In this document: positions 12,901-25,562 of the stretch, one piece after another
How the letters are laid out: every line of letters starts with the position of its first letter
How positions within the stretch are numbered: position 1 is the stretch's first letter
Assembly (NCBI GenBank): GCA_951406725.2
Contig: OX597832.1
Span: forward strand, 29,698,001-29,762,000
Source of the DNA: Octopus vulgaris
Taxonomy: Eukaryota
Direction: 5' to 3'
DNA: 64,000 bases
Made by a program: the position numbers and the translations under genes
Notes under the pieces: model-generated
Told to the model about the DNA's origin: nothing
The model's database searches: none
What the model saw: only the letters and a program-made list of their open reading frames with translations

Positions 12901-15900
12901 CAACAGCTGATGAGTTTTACTAAAACTGGTTAAAAAAAAAAGGCAGCATCTTACAACTATGGTAACAGAACGAGGTCTGATGAGAGAGCAGTAAAGATCC
13001 TTAAAAAGCACCCACTACACTCATGGAGTGGTTGGCGTTAGGAAGGGCTTCCAGCTGTAGAAACACTACCGGATCAGACTGGAGCCTGGTGCAGCCTCCT
13101 GGCTTCCCAGATCCCAGTCAAATCGTCCAACCCATGCTAGCATGGAAAACGGACATTAAACGATGATGATGATGATGAGGTAAACTGCTTCATTGAGACA
13201 ATTCCAATAATATTCTGTAAGACTTTGGTATGGATCGTCTCACAGAATCTCTTAACCATGTCATCCAAAACACAAAGTCTACACCTACAAATCTTGTCTC
13301 TTGCAAAAGAACAACAGCTTATTGGTCACAGGTTACTATCAATATTTCAATATATATTTCTTTATTGTCCACAAGGGGCTAAACACAGAGGGGACAAACA
13401 AGGACAGACAAAGGGATTAAGTCGATTACATCAACTCCAGTGCGTAACTGGTACTTTATTTATCGACCTCGAAAGGATGAAAGGCAAAGTCGACCTCGGC
13501 GGAATTTGAACTCAGAACATAATGACAGACGTAATACCTATTTCTTTATTACCCACAAGGGGCTAAACATAGAGGGGACAAATAAGGACAGACAAAGGGA
13601 TTAAATCGATTACATCGACCCCAGTGCGAAACTGGTACTTTACTTATCGACCCAGAAAGGATGAAAGGCAAAGTCGACCTCGGCGGAATTTGAACTCAGA
13701 ATGTAACGACAGATGTAATACCGCTAAGCATTTCACCCGGCGCGCTAACGTTTCTGCCAGCTCGCCGCCTTAATATTTCAATATAAACAACATATAAAGA
13801 ACTGATGCTGGTGCCATGTAAGAAGCGTTCAGCTCACTCTGCAAAGTGGCTGGCATTCAGAAGGGTGTCTAGCTGTTGAAACCATGGCAAAACAGACAAT
13901 TGGTGTCTGGTGTAGTGCTCCAGCTTGCCAACTCCTGTCAACCCATGCCAGCATGAAAAAACAGATGTTAAATGATGATGATGATGAAGAAGCACAACAC
14001 ACAGACAGACAAAATGGATACTGAAGACATTCAGACAATTTCTGTTCCCAGAGTCACCCCAATCGCTGTTTCCTTCCTCTCTTGTTCATTACACTGTCCT
14101 CCGCAAACAGAAATGATGTACAGAGGAGGAGGAAGACACAGGTCTTGTGAGTAACAAGGTCACCTCGCTTAGCAGTGGTACCACAGTAAAACGGTCTCGG
14201 TGATAGGAATGGTATCAGGTCCCAGAAACCAAACCTATGAGAGAACACAAGACTTGGTTCCTGTCAACTTGTGTAGGAGGGCAGCAACTACAAATAAAAA
14301 CAGTTAGATTGTGATGAGCAGTACAACCCATACCAGCAAGGAAACAGGGATGTAGGATGATGATGCTGTTTAGACCAAGGTCAGTACTGAGCCAACAAAA
14401 CTATGAATCAAAGCCATTCTGACTATGACCATCTCACCTTTTCAGACAGTCAATCTCAACCTATATTACCCAAAAGGCGGCGAGCTGGCAGAAACGTTAG
14501 CACGCCGGGCGAGATGCTTAGTGGTATTTCGTCTGCCGTTATGTTGTGAGTTCAAATTCCGCCGAGGTCTACTTTGCCTTTCATCCTATCGAGGTCGATA
14601 AATTAAGTACCAGTTACGCACTGGGGTCGATGTAATCGACTTAATACCTATGTCTGTCCTTGTTCGTCCCCTCTATGTTTAGCCCCTTGTGGGTAATAAA
14701 GAAATAGGTATTTTGTCTGTCGTTACGTTCTGAGTTCAAATTCCGTCGAGGTCGACCTTGCCTTTCATCCTTTCGGGGGTCGATAAATTAAGTACCAGTT
14801 ACGCACTGGGGTCGATGTAATCGACTTAATCTCTTTGTCTGTCCCCTCTATGTTTAGCCCCTTGTGGGTAGTAAAGAAATATATATTACCCAATATCTTC
14901 TCTATAGCAATACGTTGTGATTAAAGGGAGATCTGGTTGCTATTTCTAGCAGGCCAAGCCCCAACGAAGGGTTTCTCATTGGTTCAATTCTAAAGATGTC
15001 TTCGGTTGGTAAAACAAACAAAAAACAAATCTCCCTCAACCGAACAGGTTTTAAAAGTGGGTCAGACAGCAATTGAGAAACTCCAGCAGATCATAACCAG
15101 TCACTCAATGGTTGTCACTGGTGTACTTTAGCAGCCCGCCATTACAGTCACATGACTTAGAGGAACAGAAGTGTTGCAATCAGTAACCATAGCAACAGAA
15201 CCACAATTCCCAACCTGACGCAGAATCCATTAATGAAAAAAGCGGGTGGTACTTACGAGGACAATTGATGACTTTATTTAACTGGAACGGGAAGATGATA
15301 TCATGATCGTTGTTGCACAGTTCACAGATGAACCCAAAGCAATGACAATGCTGTTAATTAGAAATTGAAAATTACATTTTAATTAGTAAAAACCGACTGT
15401 ACCACTGAGAGACAAAAGTCACAGAGGATGTGCTCAATCAAGCATTATATGACCCCAAACCTATCACTAACACACTATAGGCAATCAGTTTCCCAGAACC
15501 TTTTGCCATTCGATTTTCTGTCAAATGTAATACTTATTCAGTCACTGTTTCAAATCAACCGGCCGTTTGCCAGCCTCCTCTGGCCCCTGTGCTGGTGGGA
15601 CGTAAGAAGCACCCACTACACTCATGGAGTGGTTGGCGTTAGGAAGGGCATCCAGCTGTAGAAACACTGCCAGATTGGACTGAAGCCTGGTGCAGCCTCC
15701 TGGCTTCCCAGACCCCGGTCAAACCATCCAACCCGTGCTAGCACGGAAAATGGACGTTAAACGATGATGATGATGATGATGTATTATCTTGTAGTTTCAA
15801 GACCTTGATTGTGTGATTGCATATATTTGGCATGACATTGTAGGGTAGCTGTGAGAGACAGGATCTGGCTGGTTTGAATGCAAAACAGAATATTTAGGCC

Positions 15901-18900
15901 GGATACGGAGGCCAGTTTAAATGCTAAAGGGTTAAACAGCACTGCATCGGGACCCCATTGTAAACAGGAACCAATTTATTGGTCAACTTTACTATAATCT
16001 GTAGAAGTCAACATCATTAAAACACATCGTAAGAAGTTTGCTTCTCAACCACACGGTTCTGGGGTTCAGTCCCACTGCATGGCACCTTGGGCACATTTCT
16101 ACTATAGCCTCAGGCTGACCAAAGCCTTGTGAGTGGATTTGGTAAACAGAAAATGACCTTTTATGTGTGTGTCTTTGTGTGTATTTGTCCCCTATGACCA
16201 CATGACAACTGGCATAACTTAGTGGTTTGACCAAAGGAGGCTGATAGGACAAGTCCAGCTTTTAAAAAAAACTGCCCTGGGGTCGATTTGTTCAAATAAA
16301 CCCTCCAAGGTGGTGACCTAGTATGGCCACAGTCCAATGACTGAAACAAGTAAAGGACAAAAGATAAATTGTAAACAATAATGTTGTTTGTTGTTGGTTC
16401 CAATTTCCCCCTCAGATCAATCACTGGTTCACAGCCCTGCCCCCCCCCCCCATCAGGGTGAAGGGCAGAGAAGTGGGGTGGAATTTGTTATCATTCATCA
16501 AACCAGTGATTAAAGGAGATTGTTCTCAATTAACGTTAATCAAACTCAATTAAATTATCAATGAAAGGGTTTCAGGAAATAACTTACCTCACACTCTTTC
16601 ACATGGTTGATGCCATTCGTCACAAATTTCTTCAACATTGCTAATAACTCACCATTTTTCACCTGAAACCAAACAGAGTAACCATTGGTTATGAGGGTTC
16701 AGAGTTTAAACAGTTGCAGCAGCAGATTTACAGAAACCTACATGGTTATCAAGGGACAGTTGTCTAATCAATGGCCACAGTCTAATGGCTGAATAGATTA
16801 ATGCAAAAGTTCAATACCTAATGAAACGCCTGAAACAGCGGCTGAAGAAAAGGTCTGCGAGTCAAAGAGTTGGAGTATGAGGATAAATATGATAAATATT
16901 AGAGAAAAATAGTTCTAAAATGGTCAATTTTAATACGTTTAGTGTTTTCCGTCGCATAAGGAATCGGTTAAAGCAGAAGGAATGGCATGCAGGTTCTTAC
17001 CAAAAGCAAGTCAGCAATGGAATAGGTATGAACTTCTCGAAATAAATGACCAGACAAATTCTCTATTGCTGGGTAAATACTGAAAAAGAGAAATATAATT
17101 TCATTATGTCACACAGATGTGGCTAATGAGTTTTGTTAATTATCACATTAATTAAACGCTTTGCTGTGTTGATGATGGAAAGGAGAAAGAGAAATGAAGT
17201 TTTGTTTGTTTTATTTCGTGTTTTTATTGTTTCTGGGTTTTTTTTTCATAATTTTATTGTCATGCAAATATATGTTAATGACTTACAAACACAACCCTAA
17301 TTAAACATTGAGACAATAATAATTAACTTAAACTTCAGGATTTACTTCCTCTTAGTTAATCAACAAAGAGATTCATTAAGCAACGATGTCCTGTTCTGTT
17401 AACTAAATCATATTTACAGGTGGAACAGAGACAAAAATCAAAAAGTTTGTAAATCTTCAAATTGTTCAAACCCAGCACTATCCATCAATGGGTCATTTTG
17501 TACTATTGATTTTAAGCAAGAGGTAGTTGAGTTGTGATCTTCATGCTGTTCCACATCAATTAACTATATAATTTCAGTGAAATAAAACCAGGCAACATAT
17601 TTAACTCCCTGACCCTTTATTGCCATGATTGCATGGTACTCACCGATATCTCCTTTCTGACTAAATCCCAGATGGATTAACCCTTTCATTACCAACCCGG
17701 CTGAAACCGGCTCTGGCTCAGTGGTACAAATGTCTTGTTTTCATAAGATTTTAATTAAAATCTTCCACCAAACCTTAGTCACAATTTACGTTCCTAACAC
17801 TAGGCTTAATGATAACTGAGTTATTTCACTAAATTCTTTGTTATATTTAAAACTAGCAGTATCGCCCGGCGTTGCTCGGGTTTGTAAGAGAAATAACTAT
17901 AAAGCATTTTTAGAGAGTTATAGCCAAAAAATAGTAAAAAAATGCATTAAAAATGGAAAAAAAATTATGGTAAATTTTTTTTTTAATCGTTGACTCATCG
18001 TAGACATTTTTAGAGAGTTACTTCCCTTATATAATAGCGAAAAAATGCATTAAAATGGAAAAAATAATGGTAAATTTTTTTAAAATCGTAGACTCATCGT
18101 AGACGCTCTAATACCCAGAAGGGCTCGATATGAATCACGACTATAAGATACCCGGTTTTGGTTAAACTGCACCGCAAAATGTGGGAGTAGTTAGGAATCT
18201 AAATCGTAGGAGACAGACACACAACTTCTCTTTTATATATAAAGATTAATTGAACAAAACACAGAGCATCTCAAAATAAATACAGTAACGAAAGGATTAA
18301 GAGACTAAAGTGATAACACTCACCTTATACTTGCATGTCGGCAGATTTTCAAGAGTGTCGCTAGATGTATCAACTGTTGGCGATATTGTTTAATATTGTC
18401 TAGTACCTTCACTCTGCGATATAGGGCTGGGTTTATGTCTTCGATATTGAAAAAGGGTTCGTGGAAAATTTTGGTTAAAAGATCAGAAGAATACTTGGAG
18501 ACATAGTACTTAGTGAAATCCCATTTCTGTAGAATCCTGGCTGGAATATAAGCAGCGGCATTGGTATGACAACATTGGCAGAAATACTTGCCCAGATATT
18601 CACAATAACGAAACCGCTTCATGTAGGCTGGAACGACACAAGAGACGTTAATGAGTGACCGATGCTAAAATAAAGGAATGTCTGGGATTGTTTTAGTGAA
18701 GATAGGAATGGAATGACAACGAAGCAAGATTAGATATTTCTAATTAGGAGAATTTAGTCCAAATATTTGAGGTGTAAACATTTGTGTTGATAAATACATC
18801 ATGATGTGTTGATGAATCAGATCTGGTGTTGTTCTTTCCTAAAGATGCGTTTGTAAATATTGCATGGATATAGCAGAAATAAGAAATCTATAGAAGACAT

Positions 18901-21900
18901 TTTGGAGTATATTTTCTGGCCATTTTTTTGGTCGCAAATTTTGAAAATGTCTTTTATTCTTAAAGATCTTCAACCTGTCTGTTTTCTTCAGTTGCTATTG
19001 TCACATTATATTAGCAATACCTGTAATGTATTTATTTCTTTACTGCCCACAAGGGGCTAAGCACAGAGGGGACAAACAAGGACAGACAAAGGGATTAAGT
19101 TGATTACATCGATCCCCAGTATGTAACTGGTACTTATTTAATCGACTCCGAAAGGATGAAAGGCAAAGTTGACCTCGGTAGAATTTGAACTCTGAACATA
19201 AAGACAGACAAAATACTGCTAAGCATTTCGCCCAGCATCTTAAACATTCTGCCAGCTTGCCACCTTGCGATACCTGTAATATAATAATGACATCATTGGT
19301 GCCAAGTTGCATTGGTTTCTTGCATTTCCCTTGGATAGTATCAGTGGTGTGGAGAGGAGAGGCTGGTCTGCATGGGTGACTGCTGGTCTTCCATAAACAA
19401 CCTTGCCTGGACTTGTGCCACGGAGGGTAACTTTCTAGGTGCAATCCTAGGGTCATTCATGACCAAAGGTTGGCTTTACCCATTACCCTTTAAGTTGACC
19501 ATGGAGTGAATAATACAACCAGCCATCAGGTGGCAGCACAGTAGAAGAGAGAAGAGTTTTAGTCAAAGTCTTACCAGGTTCCACACGAGTTCCACAGCCT
19601 GCACATCGATAGTTCTGTTTGGGAATGACCACATTTCTTCTGTAATACGACAAGCAAACATTGATATTAGAAGGACAAAGACTTTTGACATGGAAGTGAA
19701 GGTTAAATGGTAAATATTGTAACAACGTAGGACATTTTGGTCAGATTCTGTCTGAGAGATTTTCTGACAATCAACAGGTTTTGATGTCAGAATACATAGA
19801 CTTTAAGGCAGTGCTCCAGCATGGCTGCAGTCAAATGGCAGAAACAAGTAAAAGAATAAAAGAATATATGTGCATGAATGTATGTGTGTGCATGTATATA
19901 CATACATACAGCAACCACCTTTCATCATCATCATTATCATATGTCCATCTCCCATGCATTTATGGGTAGGGCAGTTCACAGGAGGTGGTCAGGTAGGAAA
20001 ACTACCCTACGCTACTCTGTATGTTTTTGGAAGTACAAACAGCAGAGAAGTGTACTCAACAGAAGACAAAGAGCTCATTTGTTAGAAGCTGAGAAATCCC
20101 TGCTTTTCTTCACAATTTTGTTGCTTTATGTAATCCTTCAAAAGCAAAAATTACAAAGAAAATATGTTGTGGAGTGACAAGAAAATTACTTACTTTGTTA
20201 CGGTGTGGATGCTAAAAATAATCTGGAAACGTGGCGGCGCCCATTCTAAATTGCCTCGTAACCTTGTCTGAAACAGGAACCAAAAGAAACAAATTAGAAA
20301 TGTGATTAAGATACAGTTATTTCCTACAAACAAACGGCATTAATGACTTATTTTAATCATTGTCAGAGGTTTGACAACTTTGATATAGACCATCTTTCAA
20401 GGCCAACTTCCACAGATTTAACCAAATTTCTTCTTCCCAAGAATAAATCTAAATTCACTGTGAATATTCTTAACCACAAGGCCAACATGCTGTCTCTGAC
20501 CCTGCAACAGTGGTTTGAAATTTTGGCACAGGGCCAGCAATTTTGGGGGAGGGGTAAGTCAATTACATTGACCCCAGTGCTTAACTGGTACTTATTTCAA
20601 CAACCCCAAAGGGATGAAAGGCAAAGTTGACCTTGGTGGAATTTGAACTCACAACATAAAAACAGACACAATGCCACTAAGCATTTCGTCCAGCATTGTT
20701 GACAATTCTGCCAGTTCGCAGGAGTTTTGAAAATGGTAAATCTATTCCAGTTTCTTTTATTTGCTGATCTAGTGTGTTTGTGCTGGTCAGTGAGACCAAT
20801 ATCCTGTAGCAAGTTCCAATGAATTGCTCTGGGTTTTGAGTAGGATTAGGGTTGGGGTTAAACCCTGAACTTACCCTGTTTCGTAGATCTGTGTATTCAT
20901 CATCTGGAGAGACAGGATAGGAATTTGGTAATGGAAGTAACTGCAAGGAAAGAGAAATAAGGTTGATTCCACAGAACAAGGAAGGCCATAAAATGTCTTG
21001 GAAGAAGAAAGTTGAAATTAAAAATTTAAATATTCATTAAATGCATAAATCTTCCAAAGTCTGCCTATTTTCAGATATCCAGCAATGGATTAGTGGATTA
21101 GCCTGACGGATTTTAGAGAGGGAGACCCTCAAGACAGCTTTAGTAGCTTTTGCATTCTCCAGGCTCATGAGAAGATTACAGCTCAACACATTAAATGATG
21201 AAGCATTCGACAACTATAGAATACTCCTGCTGTTTACAATCATAAGCTGTACCTCACCATTGTACCTATTAACGATCAAATAGATTGAGCTACAGAGAGT
21301 TAAGAACCTGGTGCAGTGTTGCTAATGCACATCTTTAAACCATTATCCAGTTATCTGCTCCCTCCTGGGTTTGAAATTTGTAGAGAATATTTGAAACAAC
21401 TTACAGCTTGTGGGGCGTCTTTTTCTGAGACCATCCACTGCAAATCAGATGCTTTAGGAAGTTGCTTCTCGGAGAACTTCTTAAGTAGGGAGATGGCCAC
21501 AGACTCTGCAGATACTTGAGGACTGTTACTGCTGTCCATTGTTGAACTGAAGCTAGAGAAAAGAACAACAACAACAATGATATTCAAGTAGAAAATTGAA
21601 ATGGATAAAAAGAAAGGTAATTTCTTGGAAATTTATAATATATGTATAAAAAAACAAAAAAAAAAACAGATTTATCAAGAAATTCTGATGCTAAAGTTGG
21701 ATTATTTCTTTGTTGCAGATTTTACATCTATTTTCACATGGGAGAATGGGTAGAATAGTTATGTAAATTTACACATTAACAAATGAACTGCATGTGCAAG
21801 TTTAACAGTTTTATTCTTGCTATTGCTACTGTTGACCAGTCCAATATGAAAGAATAGCACTAGTATACTATATGTGATAAGACACCTTTTCAAAAAAAAA

Positions 21901-24900
21901 AACACAACCCAGAAAATCATCCTATGTCTTATAAACACGAGGTCATTAATTATTGTTAAGTGAGAGTCAAGAAGGAACTCCTTATTGGCATGAGGACCAC
22001 CTTATTAGAATGAGCCTATTTTATTAGCAATCAAATGTAGTAATTAGTCTTGTTAATAATTATGTCCCATAACATGTTTAACCCTCTCGTTACTGTATTT
22101 ATTTTGAGATGCTCTGTGTTTCTTTCAATTAATTTTAAATATAACAAAGAATTTAGTAAAATAACTTAGTCATCATTAAGCTAGTGTTAGGAACATGAAT
22201 TGTGTCAAAGGTTTGGAGGAAGGTTTTAATTCAAAACTTATGAAAACAAGACATTTGTACTACAGAGCCAGAGCCAGTTTCAGCCAGGTTGGTAATGAAA
22301 GGTAAAAAATGGTAAGCTAAAATTTATTGGAACATCACTGTTCTAATGTTGCATTCCCTTCAAGGGTTGTAAAACTTAACCAAACTGAAGACTTAATTCC
22401 TCAACTGAGAAACAGGATTAGAAAATATAAGCCTCAGCTGTTGCTCAACTCTAATTTAGTGTTCAGATTACTCTGTCAAATGTAAGGCTTATCTATTCTT
22501 ATTATTTAAAAAATAATCTTGCATTATCTCGTAGCTTTGAGATTTTGATGATGTGATTGTTTATTCTTAGAATGGCATTGTAGGGAAGGTGAAAGAAGCC
22601 GGATCTGAATGAATGTATATGGAAATAAATTTTGTGTGTGTGTGTGTGAGTGAGAGAGAGAGTGTGTGATAGAATCAAATAGAAAATCAAAAGTGAATTC
22701 ACTCACCTAGATTTTTCTGTGTGTCTTTGGAACAAGTCAGCATCTGAAACGTGGGAATAATTTATTAATTACAGTAATCAGTGAGGAATTAATTATATTG
22801 AGGATAACGAGGAACGAAAGAATAATTGGTTATTTAATTCAAATCCACTACTACTATGTATGAATCTTATGACAACACATTCTACAACACAAACATTGCT
22901 ACAACTCCTAAATATTACCACTTAGACAGTAGTGCAGGCTACCATGATCATACTATCACCAAGTACACTAGATCAGTGCTACTCAAAGTGGTGGTCTGTG
23001 GACCAGTGCTGGTCCATGAGCCATCAGCTGCCAGTACACAGCGAGTTTCCAGAAAAGAAAGAAACATTATTTACATTTGACGGATATTTGTCCTCATCTT
23101 GTTTGTTGTTAACACAACGTTTTGGCGGATATACCCTCCAGCCTTCAAGTATCTTGGGGAAATTTGGAACCTGGATTCTCATTCCTAAAGTATTTTTCGA
23201 TATTATTATTATTGTTAGTGTTCAGGTCACTGGTTGGAATTGAACTTGGAATCTTGGGGTAAGTAGCCAGCACTCTTAACCAGTATACCATATGCCATGG
23301 TGTAGTGGTTAAGAGTGCAGGCTACTAACCCCAAGATTCCGAGTTCGATTCCTAGCAGTGAGCTGAATACTAACAATGATAATAATAACAATATCGAAAA
23401 ATACCTTAAGAATGAGAATCCAGCTTCTAAATTTCCCTAAGACACCTGATGAAGGCTGGAGGGTAAATCAGCCGAAATGTTGTGTTAACAACAAAAAATA
23501 TGAGGACAAATATCCATCAAATGTAAATAATGTACATAATTCCTCATCTCTTAAATATAGAACTGAAAGAAAGAAACCTTATAAAATGCTTATGTAAGAT
23601 TGTATTATTTGTTTACAAAATAAACATAAGATAAAAAAAAAATTGTCAACCCTTAATATATTCATTATATATATTATCTCCTGTATAGATTAATATTACT
23701 AAGAAATATTACCAATCTTTGGCACATTGGGAAAAAAAAACTACTGGTATGCCACATCAGATAGTTTGAGAAGCTCTGCACTAGACTATTACCACACCAC
23801 TATCAAGTACACTGTCATACTACTACCCAAACCTTCAACACTACATCCCATTATTAAAAAAATACAGGATCTACAATAAATAAATAATTGAATTATTTTA
23901 ATATTGGTTAACTATTAAAGATGGTAGTAATGAGTGATGAGTGGCAGTGAGTGACTAAATGAGTAACAGCGACTAAGTGATGGTGAGTAATGATTGAACA
24001 ATAGTTTAAAAGTGAAGCAGAGTTGTTGTTGTTACCTGAATACAACGAGGCCATTGATAAAGACAAACCACTGTGTTTTAATAGAGAACAGTTATCAGAT
24101 CTGTCAGTAACTGAAAAGAAAAAAATAACAAACAGTGAGTTTACTTGGAAAATCACACCATTTCGAGATGGACTCTAAACTAACAAGTTTGAATTATTAA
24201 GAGCAGAACCACAAACAAAAAAACTACATCGGAACATGTAAAATATCGAATATTTCTGACACTGAAACAGAAATATGGAAAACCTGAAAGTTAGCAAAAG
24301 TATGTAATAACAGGGGAATAACAGAAGAAATGTTTAGGAAATTATGGAAAAGTGATGGAAGAGATGAAAGAGTTAAGATGGAAAGGTAAATTTTGGGAGT
24401 GATTGAACAAACAATTATCTAAAAATAGTGAAAGTACGTGAAAAAAGTTGTCAACAGGAATGGCATTGTTTTAACCATTTTAAACCAAATTCGCCCGAGA
24501 GAGTCCCAGATTTTATGATTTTTAACTTCCTGTGTTAAAATGGTCTAAATTAAAATATTCCATCAAAATCTCATGTTAATTTATGTTTCAATTAATTAAT
24601 AAAGTTATTTTACTAAACTGTGGTGTGCAAGAGACAATTGTGCTGGTATGGTCATGTGATGCATATGGACAAGGGAAGCTGTGTAAAGTGCCAATCTCTA
24701 ACTGTGGAGGGAGCTTGTGATAGAGGTAAACCCAAGAAGACATGGGATGAGGTGGTGAAACATGATCTCTGAACTTTGGGCTTCACAGAGGCAATGACTA
24801 GTGACCGAGACCTTTGGCAATATGATGTGCTGGAGAAGACCCGTCAAGCCAAGCAAAATCGCAGACATGGCAGATACTGGTGTCATGCAGATGGCACCCA

Positions 24901-25487
24901 TGCCAGTGGCACATAAAAGCACCCATTACATTCACAGAGTGGTTGGTGTTAGGAAGGGGCATCCAGCCATAGAAAACCATGTCAAATCAGACTGGAGTCT
25001 GGTGCAGCCTTCCAGCTTGCCAGCTCAGGTCAACCATCCAACCCATGCCCAGCATGGAAAATGGATGCTAAATGATGATGATGATGATAATTGGTTTCTC
25101 TCTTAATTGAAATTGAAAGCTAACTTACACGAAAGTTCTATTTCTTGATCATCAATGCCATCACTGGAATCTGAACTATCTGGAAAAGAAAAAAAAGAAA
25201 AAAGAATCAAACAACAAACCTTTATTGATAATTCTAATTCTGACACAAGGCCAGCAATTGAAGAGATGAGTTGAGTCAATCACTTTTGATCCCAGTATTT
25301 GACTGGTACTTTATTTTATAGACCCCCACCCCCCTACCCCGAAAGGATGAAAGGCAAAGTCAACCTTGGCAGAATTTGAAGTCAGAACACAGTGATCGGT
25401 GAGAGATGCTGCTAAGCACTTTGTTCAGCAAGATAACAGTTCTACTAGCTCACCACCTTAATAATAACAACAACAACAATAATAATA

Positions 25488-25525
<38 letters not shown>

Positions 25526-25527
25526 TA

Positions 25528-25562
<35 letters not shown>

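Larger units (their letters stand above)
22974..23778. mobile_element. hAT (Charlie-like) MITE containing the palindromic SINE/ribozyme insertion
   Basis: TIRs CAGTGCTACTCAAA and TTTGAGAAGCTCTG; 8-bp TSD cactagat and cactagac. Confidence 0.8.

Noticed and set aside
12907-12930. CTGATGA followed by a GTTTT/AAAAC stem
   Set aside because: No GAAA follows the stem and there is no stem I or III, so it is not a hammerhead. The same applies to CTGATGA near 4439, 42042 and 60068.
23294-23365. tRNA gene
   Set aside because: A and B boxes are present, but there is no acceptor-stem pairing or clean cloverleaf; it is a SINE head, as are the heads of families A, B and C.
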